Assembly (NCBI GenBank): GCA_964016885.1
Contig: OZ024743.1
Coordinates: 40,734,001 to 40,798,000, forward strand
Source: Eledone cirrhosa
Taxonomy: Eukaryota
Reading direction: 5' to 3'
DNA: 64,000 bases
The notes below the pieces were generated by a model that saw only the letters and a program-made list of their open reading frames with translations, was not told the DNA's origin and searched no databases. Both the position numbers and the translations under genes were made by a program. Position 1 is the first letter of the stretch; the number at the start of each line of letters is the position of its first letter. Of the stretch, positions 43,371-58,790 are shown in pieces.

Positions 43371-46300
43371 AGTCGAAACAATTATTTACACAAGCCTTAT
43401 GAATGAAATTAGTTAGACGGTCACCTTTCGAAAGCCCCCTCAGATGTACCGTACCTACAATTCAAATGGACCAGTCTTATAGGACGTTGTCACACTGAAG
43501 CCCCAGGAGATTGGCGTGAAAGATACACGAGCGGGATACTTGAAAATTCATTTCAAGAGCATAATATTCCGTTGATTGATCTTCCTGGCAATCATCTTCG
43601 AAACCGGTGGAAGTCGATTTCATTCCAGTATGTTTGTATGCAATTTTTTGCAAGTCGATCGATCATACGAATGTTCCCCCATTAGCTCTTCTTTCTACCA
43701 TTGTCGTTTTATATAATCCACCTGCTTTAAATCTAATAAATATATGTGGAACGTTGCCCCTCTTATTTACGCACACCACCACACCACCAGCAATGTTGAA
43801 GGGGAAGAGTTGAAATCTGATTAAGCTAACTCGGGTAATTACATGGTATTTTATTTTATTGACTTTCAGAAGGATGAAAGATAAAGTTGACCTCGGTTGA
43901 ATTTGAACTCAGAGTGTAAAGAAACCCAACATATACCGCAAAGTATTTTTCTACGCCTCCTAACACAAAATAATGTTATAAAATACATTTTTATATGGTA
44001 TTGTCTAATAATTATGTCAATAAATACAAAAACAAATCCTAATTTTATTAAACATGATATTTCACTACTTCCTTTCAAACCTATGATTTTCAAATCATTT
44101 TGATAATAATCAAGGAGATAGAAGACTAGGGTTTTGTGTTATTGAGAGTAGGGGCGGTTTTAGGCAGTAGGGTATAAAAGTGCTAAAATAATATCTATAT
44201 ATAAATATGTAATGGAAGGTTTGATTTAAGTGTGAATATTAAAAAATGTGATTTAGTGGATCTTAAGATCAAAGATGGTCTGAGGTATGTTGATATCAAG
44301 TGAAGTTGTGTAAACAGTTAGCATACCATATATTGAGTAGCTTAGTATCAGTTTGGCGCTAGTGATGGAAGGAAGTATCTTTGAATTTTGGTGATAAATG
44401 ATTTTATGTCACCGAAGTTATATGAAGCAAGTGTCAAAAATCAATAACACTGATTCGAAATTATTAATCTAACTCACCTTAGATATAGAATTGCGTGGAA
44501 AAAAAGAGAGGTAAGGAGAGAAGTAGAAAGAAGAGCGATAGTTGGTAAGATAGTGTGTGCGAGGGGTGATAGTGTAAGATAGAGAGGAGGATTGTGTAAG
44601 ATCGAGGGGGGAGAGTGTTAAAGAGGAGAGGGTAATACATTTACAGAGAGGAGGGAAGGAAAGTAGAGAGGTGATAGAAGGAAGAAATTTAGAGGGAGGA
44701 GAAGGGATTGTCGGGTAGTAGGGGGAAGGAGAGTTAGAAGGTGGCAAACAGGGAGCGAAAGAATTAGAAGGAGAGGGGGAGGATCTTATTAAGACTTTCA
44801 ATTGGAAACTATATTTCATGTGGAATCACTAGTGATATAATAATGATAATGTAATATAGATTCCACGATTAAAGGGAAAACAACAGCTACGACGTGGAGT
44901 AAGGTGATGGCAATAATGAAGAAGATGATGATGATGTGGATATTGATGATGATGATGATGGTGGTGACGATGCTAATGATGATGATAGTTGTGTTGTGGT
45001 ATTGATGATAATAATTATGATGATGAATGATAAGGATGGCAATTAGAACGATGATGATTGCACAGCTGTTGTTTTGCTTCTACTTCTTGGTTCACCTGGT
45101 TATTGAGACGTTGGTGATGACAGTGATGTATCAATGATGATGAAGATGGTTATGACGATTATAAAGGTTCAATTTTTACTTGTGATAGTAATTATATTAC
45201 AATGTTGCAGGCGATGGTGATGAGTAAAGTTGAGTTGTGATAGAGATGTCAATGCTGATGGTGGTGTTAGTGACTCCACTGCTAGAAATATTACATTATA
45301 TGCATGTTAATAGATTTACTTCATTAGACCAACTAAATATAAGCCAATACCAAGAAGCGTTTCATGCATCAAAATATTTTTTCCCTATTCCTTATAATAC
45401 ACATTTCTTTGATAAACGCATGAATGTGACTATAATAAAAGTCAAATATTAATGATAAACGTTTTTGCTCCTGGGCAGATTCACTTTCAGGTTCAAGTCT
45501 GCGTAATGTGTTTTGAGAAATGCTAGCAATCGCTCATGCATGAAAGTCACCTCAGCCTACTCCACGCCATCGCCGTTATCCTGGCACCTTCTTCTTCTTC
45601 TTCTTCTTCTTCTTCTTCTTCTTCTTCTTCTTCTTCTTCTTCTTCTTCTTCTAACTTAATTTCTTTGAAGCTAACTCTTGGGCTACTCAAGACAAACAAT
45701 TAGAGTAGAGCTTACATTTGTATTATATAATTATAAATCAATAATGGATGCACTCTAAGATGTTAAGAAAAGATCCGAATGCAAACAGGCATAGTTTTAT
45801 GTATTTTCTCTTTACATTTTAACCTCGTAAAATTCTTGCTAACTTTCACGTCCTTCTATCGGCTTATATAGTATAGATCAGCTGAGAATATACTAACATC
45901 TTGAAAGAGAGGAATAGTTGGAGAATTGGGGATGGGGTAGAGAGAGATAGGTGGGGGGGGGGGGGGGGGGGCGAAAGAGAAAAGGAGAGAGAGAGACGGA
46001 GAAATTGGAGGAAGGAAGAATTAGTTTATTATGAAGTTAAGGAGGTACAACACATCATACACACTTAAGTCAGCAGGATACGGTAGAACAAAAGTATTGG
46101 TTGGAACAAAGGATTTCTTAAGAATTCATCCTCTCAATCACAGCAGTTAGTAGTTTTGTATGAAATATTTGTTAACAAATCGTTTAAACCTTTTTCATAG
46201 GTTTAGTGAATGGAACAACTTGTTGTTAATGGATCTAAATTACAAAAGACAGGATATTTCCACACACAACTAAAGTCACCCTTCTGCTTTCTCATCTTGC

Positions 46301-48796
46301 TAACACCGGTTCCCCGCCGCCTCCTGCTGCCTAGCCACTGCTGCTACCAGATGACCTGGCTATATGGAATGGAACGACAACATGGAATGGAAATAATGGT
46401 GATTTTAGAATGGATATTTCCACTGAAGCTTGTAGCGATATTCAACAACAACAATAACAGCAAAAACAATTATAACAACAATTGCATGTACAACATCGAT
46501 CCTAACAATAATTTCAACAGCCTTAATAACACCATGAGCAGCAACACCAACAACACCAACAACCACAACGTCCATAGCAACAACAACATTAACAATCAAA
46601 ACAACCATAACAAAATAACCTCAAAATCTTCATCAACCCTAATAACAAACATCAACAGCAACCCCCCTCCCCCAACACTGAACATTTTATTTGCAAGAGT
46701 TAAATCATGTTTAGAATACAAACTACTACAGAAACACGCAATGAAAGACGCGTGCGCATACACACACTTGCGTGCATGAATGAAACACACACTGACACAC
46801 AGCGACATGGACACATAGACACTCATATACAGTGAATCATGCTCGAAAAAATGCGCACAAAGCAAGTGTGTGTTGGACTTCCGTCTGTTTTAACGGCGAG
46901 AGTTCTAACTCGTCTGACCAACCTGCTCTTGAAATTCAGTTGCACTCATCCATAATGCAGTTCTCAGGGAGATTCAGTATGCTATAACGTGTGATAATGC
47001 TGGCTTTTTGAATTACAATTAATTTTATTGCAACTGAGTGGACAGGAACAAATATAGATAGAGTATTTCGTTCGAGGACAAAACGTGCGCAATCTTGGAA
47101 ACGAACTACTGACCAAAACATTCAGCTACACACCTTCACATACATATACGTACACAAATACATACACACACAACATATCACACACTCACACACACATGAT
47201 TGATATAACATAACTAAGCATTGTTACAGAAATTGCATTCAGTGTTTAGACATGTCACACTTGCGTCTATTGTATTTGTGCAGGCTAATAGAAAATGGAG
47301 GACTACTTCAACATCACACAGCCAAATGATTGATTTCAGAAATGGACATTGTTATGCTTGGAAAAAAAAAATGTTTCTACTTGTAACAATTCATGCAAAA
47401 GAGATGTCTTAATCGGAATAATCTTTTCTACTCAAAATAGAATAGGAATGCAAAATAACAATAATAACAATAATGATAATAGTAATAATAATAACAACAA
47501 CTGCAGCAACAAAACAACAATAATGATAATGATAAAACGAAATAAAAAATAAAAAAACCACGATCACAAAATGAAGCGAATTTTTTTTTTCAATTCGCAC
47601 ACACATAAACACACATAAACACACACATAAACGCACACATGAAATTACACGACACAGCACAACATATCTTAAACCAGAAACAATAGATGAAATGAAAATC
47701 AAAAAATAAAAATGACAGAATAAATATGTAAACTTCTTGGAAAGTTTGTTTATTTACAAAAAATGAACTATTGCTTATTTTATCTTATTTGTTTTTATCT
47801 ATTTAATTCTATTTGGAAACTTTGAAAAAAAAGCAATAAAAAAAAAAGACAAAAAATGAAATTGAAATATATTTCTATCTAAAACGTAAGAATTAGAATT
47901 TCATTTTCAAAATTAAAATAACAGGTTTGAAAATATAGAAATATTAAAAATTCGTCATCTAAGATATAATACAGTAGTAGAGTTACTCACTTCCGTTATT
48001 ACACGGTTGATTGGGTTTGTTCACTCTTACTCACACTGTCATCTCCATGTTTTGGACAAAATAGACAAGTTACTACGATATTGAGCGGAACGGATGAAGT
48101 ACTATGAAATAGGAGATACTGCGCCGTTGATAAATAGCATTCCCTTTCTCATGTTCTCTTCCTTCTATTCATAGACCCTGAACACGTGATTGAGTCTCAG
48201 GGTCACCGTTTTGTTATTTCAGCCTGGTGGAGCCCTTCCCGTTCTAGGTCTGAATTCAACGGATTGTCTCCAGAAAAAGCAAGAGCTAAAGAGAGAATGT
48301 TAGAAAGATATGGATGAGCTGACCCATATTATATTTATTTTTCCATCTCGAAAGGATTAAATGCTAAGTTTACCGCAGAGCGATCTGAACTCACAATGCA
48401 GAGAACCGAAACGGATACCATAATGCATTCAATCCAGCGTTCTTTCACTTGTATTCTTGAGAAGGTGCGTGGCCTAGTTGCACGCATGGCTGGACTATTA
48501 AGGAGTCTCTCTTCGCAATCATGATGACCTGGGTTTAGTTCCTCAGTGTGGAATTCTTGGGCAAGGCTCCGACCTTCTGAGTGGAATTGAATAGAATGTA
48601 TGGAATTGTACGAACGCCCTTCTATATTAGAATAACGAAGATGAGGAATATTCAACCATTTACACGTTAATTGTAACGTCATGAGTACTTTGTAGTAGAG
48701 TTGCATTGACTCATATAGAACTCGGTTGAGCAGTACTCAAGTTTTGCCACACACACGCACATCTATATATGCATACTCACACACACACACACACAT

Positions 48797-48852
<56 letters not shown>

Positions 48853-48907
48853 GTGTGTGTGTATGTATATATATGTATATATATATATAGTTATGTAATA
48901 AACAACA

Positions 48908-49129
48908 TAAGGCAATTATTTCATTTACCAGTGGTTTCTTGAAAGTAAACACATTTTGCTTTCAATCATCAGAATGAAAAAATCCTGGCGTATTTATTGA
49001 CATTGGATTTTAAAAAGGTTTTTAAAATCCAATGTCAATAAATACACCAGGATTTTTTTCATTCTGATGATTGAAAGCAAAGTTTGTTTGCTTTCAAGAA
49101 CCCACTAACAAATGAAATAATTGCCTTAT
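48908..49129. mobile_element. Fold-back cassette with two hammerheads: intact on the minus strand at 48919-48979, mutated on the plus strand at 49057-49117
   Basis: Minus strand: tttcatt-CTGATGA-ttgaaagcaaa..tttactttcaa-GAAA-ccactgg-TA-aatgaaa; apex ttttaaaaaggtttttaaaa. Confidence 0.88.
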
Positions 49130-49189
49130 AAGCTCTGTAATCTACATAGGGCACTCTTTTTTCCTGGACCTTTCCGACGGAATTACTTC

Positions 49190-49232
<43 letters not shown>

Positions 49233-49241
49233 AATAAACAA

Positions 49242-49280
<39 letters not shown>

Positions 49281-49281
49281 C

Positions 49282-49321
<40 letters not shown>

Positions 49322-49666
49322 ATATAAAATATACACGTTTACATATACATAAACTGGACAGAGCCATATATATATATATGTGTGTGTGTTTTTGGCAACC
49401 ATTCTCTCTAACTTTGATTTTGTACCTAATTGTGTATGGTTAGCTATATGTCTAGTCAATTTCTACGGGCTATTAGAAATACGAGTTAAAACTTATGTGA
49501 CTGTCTATGGCGGATAAAATAGGTATCATTTATTCATCTATTGTTTCTTCATAGGTATATTTTAAACTGATAGCCTCGTTTAATTTGTTTTTTATGTGGT
49601 TGATTATGCTGATTGGGAGGAGAAATACTGTATATATTTTATCAAATGATTCTATGGACTTACTTT

Positions 49667-50185
<519 letters not shown>

Positions 50186-51061
50186 TATATATATATAACT
50201 ATATATACATATATATATACATATACCTATATATATACATATATAATTGGCACTAATAATCTATAGATGGTGCTAGTAGGAAAACAGATGCGTAAGTGTG
50301 TGTTGGTGAAACATAAATAAACACCAGGTCTGAACACAAATGAACTAAACTCCCACGGTCACTTTCACGCTCTCCACATCTCGCTCTATTATGAGCAAAT
50401 GGGTGTCCATGCGCTGACCGCCCCACGGCCCGGGCACACAGAATAGAACAGTTTCCCCGGTTTATGGTGTGGGAGAGACGCTGGAAAAGCAATTCCAGCA
50501 GATATTACCTCATTGTGTACAGCTTCTCTGTTAATATATTTATCAGCAAGTATATAAAGAGAAAGAGAGTTGAAAAACATAGAGAGAGACGGGGGAAGTT
50601 CTAAAAGTTGTGTGACAGTTATTGCATTATACCCGTTCTAACGCTACCATTAAATCTCCGGGTGGATATAACATTAAGATTAGATCAAAACATTTTCCCT
50701 TTGGGTGCTAATAGATAGGTTTTCTCTCTGTGTGTTATCATCTAAATACACAAGTTCATCATCGACCGAGTCGTGCATATTTATATGGGTGACTAAAGCT
50801 TTAAGAATGTCATGTACATGTCTCTCCTCGGGATACAAACGTATCAAAGAAACAGGAAAAGCAAAGTAATCCGAGAATATATTAAAGTACGAAAGCACAT
50901 GTGGGTAAGGTGAACTCATGATGCAGTAATTGAGGCGTTGTTGTTAATCAGGCCGTACCTTGAGTAAATTAAACCAAGCGACGTCCATTCCTCTCTAGGA
51001 CAGCCAATTACTTCCAGCGAAAAAGAAGGAAGAGAACTCAAATGTATATCTATCTATCTAT

Positions 51062-51106
<45 letters not shown>

Positions 51107-52065
51107 GTTACCGCGTGTAAACAGAGAATGCATAGTACATATTTTACCTTCAAACCCCCTCACGTCAAGACACAGGTGGATAGACAACGGCTGTATCTCT
51201 TTCCTATTTGCAAATTAAGATACATGACACCCCCACCCATACTTAGGTGGAAATAGAATTGTTTCTTTTTTCTTCATTAGTTACACACTCTAATTACACT
51301 TAGGTATATCTTTGCATATCTACACTATTATAATCAATTTCTAATCTTCCTAAGGTTAACCCGGCACATTTTCACTCTTGTTAAATATACATAGAATCGG
51401 CCGAACACATAACCATGATTTGTTTGGGGTGGGTGGGTGTATCATTATAAAAGAAACTACTAGTAAATTACTGTATTGCGGTGCTCTTCTAGTGCTTTAG
51501 AGTAACTGATAACGACATTTTATTTATTAGAAATTTCATTAGTATTAATATCTATACGCTTACTGTAGCTAAGTGTTAAACTTGACATACTTACTTTTCA
51601 CTCTAACAACCTTCCTTACCTCTCATATGCTGGATTTACTTTCTTACCCCCATTAGAGATAGTTGTAAAGATTTTCTCTCTTAACGCCTGAAGGGCTGGA
51701 CACCCACAGGTCGGAATATCATCTTACTCCCTTACCTTTGTTCTACAGGCCATTTCAGTTCCTCCCCCCGTCGCTATAAAGGGATTTAACCACGTTTATG
51801 ACAACCCCAAATCATTGACCACTCCCAGTGACAGACAAGAAAAACCACAAATTCTTAGATTTGTTTGATTTGATACTTCTGCCTTTTTTTTTTTTATTAA
51901 CTGTATGCCCATATATAAACTGTACCCCTTGATAAGTTCAGCAAGGTCCTAGCCGTCCTCATACTGCTGGGTTAGTTCGGATCTAGCGGCTGAAACGACC
52001 GAAAACTGATTATTTTCCTGTATATATATATTTATTTATATATATATTTATTTATATATATATAC

Positions 52066-53055
52066 TTATTAGCAAGACATACCCGTTCCAAAGACCCTCA
52101 TGTATAGATAAGAAATGTATAACCTGTAAAATAAGCCCCCATATTAACTGTAAAACTAGAAATGTAGTGTATAGCATAAGATGTACGGAAGGACAATGTA
52201 GAAACAAAAAAATATAGTGTACATAGGTGAGACAGCTCGTAGTATAGGGGAACGAATAAATGAACACTGGCGAGACCTTCAAGATAATAAAGAATCATCT
52301 GTGCTCTACCAACATGCTAAGATAGAACACAGGGGTAGATTAGAGAACATAGAAATAAAAATAGAATCCACACACAGAAGAGATGCAATGTTTAGGCAAA
52401 TTACAGAGGCAGTAAGCATAAAATAATTACAACCAAAATTAAATAGAAAATATGAGTGGAACAGCAACATCACAACTTACAATTAAGGACAAAATGAAAA
52501 CACACACAGGACAGAATGAAAACACACACACACATAGAACAAACAACTTACAATTAAGGACAAAATGAAAACACACACAGGACAAAATGAAAACACACAC
52601 ACACATAGAACAAACAACCAACCAACAATAAATAAATAAATAAATAAACAAATAGATAAATGAACACAAACACACACAGACACCCGGACGTGGCGCATGC
52701 GCAAACCGAGCACACAACACACACACAGAAACAAAATGGCGTAGGATAGAAGAAAGGAAAGGCACAGAAACAAAGAAAGGAATCCCCAGTCACTGAAGAG
52801 GTCACAGAGTGTGTGACGAAAGGACTATGACTATATATAAACAACTATCTGGTTGTGGAACCAACCAACCAACCAGAAATGTTTAAGTTTGTAGATTTGT
52901 AAATTTATAAATTTATAAATATATAATAAATTGAAGTGAAAGTAACTGGTGCGTGTGTTTCTTATTGGCAACATGACCCTCCCAGAGTATAACAATATCG
53001 GTTTCAACACACGATTTCAGATAAAGAATCTTGCTAAACAAATTCAGAAACGAGA
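52066..53055 (+). mobile_element. 5'-truncated Penelope-like element: Cys-rich linker, GIY-YIG endonuclease pseudogene, 3' UTR and pLTR (family B)
   Basis: CIDKKCITCK..NCKTRNVVYSIRC / VYIGETARSIGERINEH...RQITEAVSIK*LQPKLNRKYEW; one frameshift and one stop; TA-rich flanks. Confidence 0.9.
52788..52832 (+). ncRNA. Hammerhead ribozyme in the PLE pLTR (family B)
   Basis: agtca-CTGAAGA-g-gtcaca-gagtg-tgtgac-GAAA-ggac-TA-tgact. Confidence 0.75.
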
Positions 53056-53056
53056 T

Positions 53057-53117
<61 letters not shown>

Positions 53118-53154
53118 GAGAGAGAGAGAGATAGAGAGAGAGAGGGGGGAGGGA

Positions 53155-53188
<34 letters not shown>

Positions 53189-53530
53189 GTAACCACGCAT
53201 TACTAAGCTGGTTCCGAAGTATAAAAGACAAGGTTGAATTCGACAGGATCTGAACTCATCAAATCGAGGCGGATATTGCAAATGCTATTTTGTCCGACGT
53301 TCTAACGATTCTATAAATTCACCGGCTTGATGCACAAGAATAGTAAACAGTAATGAAAATACTTTCCGAGTACCGCATATACATTTGGATAGTAGAAACC
53401 CGATAGCAATTCCTTAGCTACTACTATCAGAGATATGTAACTGTTGTGTTGCAGCTGTGCCCAAATGTACATTCGCCTACGTTATAGAAATGAATCATGA
53501 AAACAACTAAACATATGTGAATGACAGTCA

Positions 53531-53590
<60 letters not shown>

Positions 53591-53674
53591 TACCCGGCGT
53601 TTTACTTATGTGTTTAGGAAGTTTATATATACCCCCCCTCTCTCTCTCTCCCCACACACACATACACCCCTCCC

Positions 53675-53713
<39 letters not shown>

Positions 53714-53867
53714 GAACATAATATACTTTGGTAAGAAGAAAGTGGAAGTAGGATAACAATAGAATATGGATGTTGCCTCATGTAAATATATGGACAATCG
53801 AGAGAGCTGCCTAGTTAAAAGTTTCGCTTTCCAATGACGTGTTTCTGGTTTTATTTTACTTCCTTGG

Positions 53868-53899
<32 letters not shown>

Positions 53900-53946
53900 G
53901 TATCTATCTATCGCTCTATCTATCTGTCTGTTTGTCTATCTATCTC

Positions 53947-53995
<49 letters not shown>

Positions 53996-55635
53996 ATTTG
54001 TCTATATTTATCTATTCTGCTTATATCTAGATATCTATCTACCTATCTCCTATAAATATCTTTCTATTGATTTGTATGTATGGATGGATCGATTGATGCT
54101 TGTATATGTGTGTGTGTGTCTATCTTTTCTACGCTATCTCTCTTTCTACAGGTTTTAATATATGAACGTGAAAAGGAGGCCTTAATATATATAGTAAATG
54201 TATTTGAAGCTGTTGACTTATATGTCATTAATCGAAGTTCTTCGTTAAATGCATTCTTTCGGACAAACAGAATATTTATGCATTGCAAGCTGATAAATGT
54301 GAATAGAGAGATTTCCAGTGGTTATAGTTCTGGAGATGATGAGTCCATATATATAATATAATTATTGTGATCAAACATGTGGGTAATTGTCAAATCTGGC
54401 CTCTTAATAGAATTTGTGTCACTCTGTTTGAAATGTTTTACCGATTGTCCTGAAGACAACACAGTAATTTTACAATTTGTGTATCAATGATGTAAGCCAA
54501 CAAGATTACATTTATCGGGTGACAATGACCAGATTGAAATAACGGGTAAACCACACGTTATATATATATAAGCCTATGGTGCATTGTTGCATAATATATG
54601 CAGATGGAAATGCACTGCACCTTACTGCTGCAATTATGGAATATTTTGGTCTATTGCCAATAAACAATTGCCTTCAGAAGCCTAACCTTGGACATGTTGT
54701 AACTTAATGGATCTAAAGCTTTCATAAAGAGGAGAACGAAGTGTTTTGATCTGTTTGCAATATGGGAGCTTATACAACTACTTCTCAAACACTAACCACT
54801 GATCATACAGCAACTACATACATAGACGTAGATAGATTGATTGGTAGATACAACTCCAATGACTAACCTGAAAGGATCTCTCGAGGACAGGATAAAATCT
54901 CTGGAAGGAATATTTCCGCTTCCTTTTAGGGAAACCACCACAGGTACCTGACGCTGAAGATTGCCCCCCCCCCCCCCCACACGTAGTGGAACAACTATTA
55001 GCAATTGATGACTGCTTCTTTATTCTAGAAGGGTTGAGTAGAACAATGGAAGCATTAAAACGAAGGGAACCTGGTGGTTCGGATTTATTCATTCATTCTT
55101 TTTTTTTTTTTTTTAGAAATTTGGGAATAAGCACAATTCAGAGAATATCTCCTTGAAGCCTTCCACATAGGCTTAGCAAAACATATCAAACCAACAAAGA
55201 CAATGATCAAAGAGTGCCATTAAACTTATTCTGCAGAGTGCTGCTGTTTTCATGTTTTCAAATCACTATTGAATCAAACGTATCAAATAAACTGATTCTA
55301 TATTTTATAAAACCATTTACAGATGTTTTATTAGATGCCGTAATTCAGGGCGACATATTAGCTTCATTTTTCTTCATTATTGTTTGAATTCATTGAAAAA
55401 AAGCATTTAGAGTTTGGCTATTGCCACAGAGCAGCGGACGAAAATATCTTTTATTTTGAATTTGGTTACTATGAGTGGGTAGGCGGATCAAGAAGGTAGA
55501 TCTTTCCAAAAATGGTCTGAAAGGATATTAGTATAAACTCTGATTCTGAAATTAATATCTTGATGGGTGATAAAGAAAGTCGGACCGAAAGTGAGATGAT
55601 TCAGACACACACACACACGCGCACGCACGCGCACG

Positions 55636-55748
<113 letters not shown>

Positions 55749-56241
55749 CACACACATACACACACGCACATCTATCTATATATATATACTTAGATATATA
55801 TCTATTATAATAGAAGACATTGTAGAAACGGTACCCCTTCATAAATCATAAAATAGGTTTCGATCAACCAACAATGCTTGAATGTATCCCTGAAAGCATG
55901 GAACTTCTAAAAACAAGTCACGAATTGAAAATGTCACATAATAGACCGCTCAAACGAATGGCATCAAGACAGGTGTCTTCTAACAATAACATCTTAGTGG
56001 CATGAACAATGGAAGTTAACCAACATCATAGAATAACATTCAAACGATGCAATTAGGACTGACATTGCCACAGTTACTACTGTTTAGAATTTATTTCAGG
56101 TTTGTTTTGTGGCGAGCAATATAAACGTATGTTATATATATATGTATAAGTGTGCGTCTGTGTCTGTATGTGTTTGTGCGTGTTTCTATATATATATATA
56201 ATATACATACTAACTAAACCAAATACACACACATGTATATA

Positions 56242-56308
<67 letters not shown>

Positions 56309-56569
56309 GATTGTGTGTGTATGCATGCGCGTGCGTGTGTGTGCCTATGTGTGTGAGTGCGTTACATACATCCATACATATGCTTACATATATTTATATA
56401 TGAATGTATAAATAAATATTGATTATATCCATTTATTATTCTATGAAATTTAGTTACTTTTCATTCGGGCATATTTCTTTGAAAATATATGCAGTATTTT
56501 ATACATACATGCATATCCACCTACACACATATATACATGCCTCTATACATACGTTGCGATTACTTCATC

Positions 56570-58465
56570 TTTTCAGACGTTTGCCGTCTCCCTTTGCACC
56601 TCCATCAACTGTCACCAACTCCAAACGTACTTCATTGCCTCTTAGGTGACTTTTAAGTCCAGCATAAGATTTGCACGGTCTGCAGCATATGAGACAGACA
56701 GAAGATGTGCCCTCTATTGGATTGATTCGATCAGTTTGTGGGATGTCATCCTTATGTACACTCATATGCATTTTCAGACCAGAGATTGATTTGTAGATAT
56801 TTTGCACACCACAAATGTTTAGCTTTAGGTCAAAGATCCTTCCCGTAGTTCTAACTGACAATAGAACACCCTTTGGACATTCCTGAAAGGCATGATGTGG
56901 CATCACAGCAAAATATATAAAAAAAGTGTGTGAGCCGAGATATCTCCCTGCTTCCCGCCATTGTCAACTGGGATTTCATTGGACAATTCTCTATTCAAGA
57001 CAACCCGAGACTTCATATATCTCTGCAGTTGGTGGGCACCCCATTTTCCATGATATTTTCTACAGTGGACCTCTGTTCACCGTACCAAAGGCCTTTGTCA
57101 GATCAACAAAAAACCTGATACAGAGGAACCCACTGTTCAATACAATTCTCCTGTCTCTGCCTTGCAGGGAAGATCATATCAATTGTCCCTCTACCAGATT
57201 TAAATCCACTTTGTGATTCAAGGATTAGTGTAGGACAAATGTCTTCCATCAACTTGTTCAACAATAATCTAGCAAGATCTTTGTATACAGACTCCAACTG
57301 AGTGATGCCACGGTAGTGATCGCATATTCCTTTATACCCTTTACCTTTAAACAAGGTCACCAAGATACCATCTATCCAATCTTGTGGCATACGAACTCCA
57401 GCCCAGCACTCTGCGATGAGATGGAGTATTGTTTGTGTTATGTTCGTATTACCAACCTTTAACAATTCCACAGGGATTCCATCTGATCCAAATGACTTAC
57501 CCGTGTTTAACTGGTTGATGGCCATTTTAACCTCATTATAATCTGGTAATCGAACCATTTTAAAATTTACAAAGACATTGGGGCATGCCATCTAGCACAT
57601 CATGATTAACAGATGATGGATTATGAAATAAATCAGTAAAATTTCTTGCCAGCGCTTAAGGATATTCTATGATTCCTTGATGATGGCACTGTCATCTTTG
57701 GACATTATGGGAACAATAGACGAATTTGTTGGACCATATACTGCGCGCAAAAGACTATAAAACAGTTTGGAATCTTTTGAGTTATAACCACTTTGAATAT
57801 CTTCAGAGATTTTCAAACACCATTTATTTTTAAACCTTCTCAGCTCGCGTTGTAATGTGGCTTCATATTATTTATATGTCTTTTTAATAGTAGTTAAATT
57901 CGTAGGGCACTCTTCCAGAATCTTTTCATGAAGAGCATGTTTTTTTCTTTAATAGTTAGTTGATAACCAGATTATTGTCATGCAATACGTCTTTATGTTG
58001 TCTTTTCGACCTGAATCCAAGTTCTTCTGCTCCTGCATTATACAACTGATCCGTGAAGTTTAACCACGTTCCAACGAAATCAATATTATTCAAACGTTTA
58101 CCCAAAGCATCACGTACCTCTTGTTTTAACTTTCCAACACCAATAAGCTTCAGTGTTTTTATTTCACACGTACGAGATTTTTTTTCCGAATACATAATGT
58201 AATCTTCCCCCAAATGATGTTATGTTCCGTGTTGCATTCTGCATTAAAGATGACGCACACATTAGAGATATCATTTTACCTTGGGTGTACCTAGATAACT
58301 TTATGCTTCTTCTTTTGGGGGAAGAATGTATTGCAAATTGGTAGGTTGAGTTCCGAACAGAGCTCAAGCAGCTTCAAACCGTGCAATAATCAAACCGTCA
58401 AACCGATGCAATAATGGCCTAGTGCATCCCGTGTGTCAGGGTCTCTGTCAACTTGGGCATTGAAA
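56570..58465 (-). mobile_element. Decayed RTE (BovB-like) LINE: APE end, RT N-terminal half, internal deletion, C-terminal C2H2 fingers
   Basis: FNAQV..LKLLELCSELNL..CNTFF; GKSFGSDGIPVELLK..YRGITQL..ESQSGFKSGRGTIDMIF; CLICCRPCKSYAGLKSHLR. Confidence 0.9.
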
Positions 58466-58488
58466 TAAGACACACACACATACACACC

Positions 58489-58521
<33 letters not shown>

Positions 58522-58790
58522 GTGTGTGTATATATGGCAACATGACCCTCCTAAAGTATAACAATATATATATATATATTGTTATATATTGTTATATATA
58601 TATATATATATACATCTGACGTAAGTATACATGCCAGAACACATATTTGAGTAGCTCTTGAATCCAGAGTCTGGTACGAACATTATTCGAACGTTCCACA
58701 AGCTGATCGGCAGTGAAACATATGTAATATGTAATTAAATATGTATATTATGTAATATTGATTCTTTGTTAACTATTATATATATATAAT

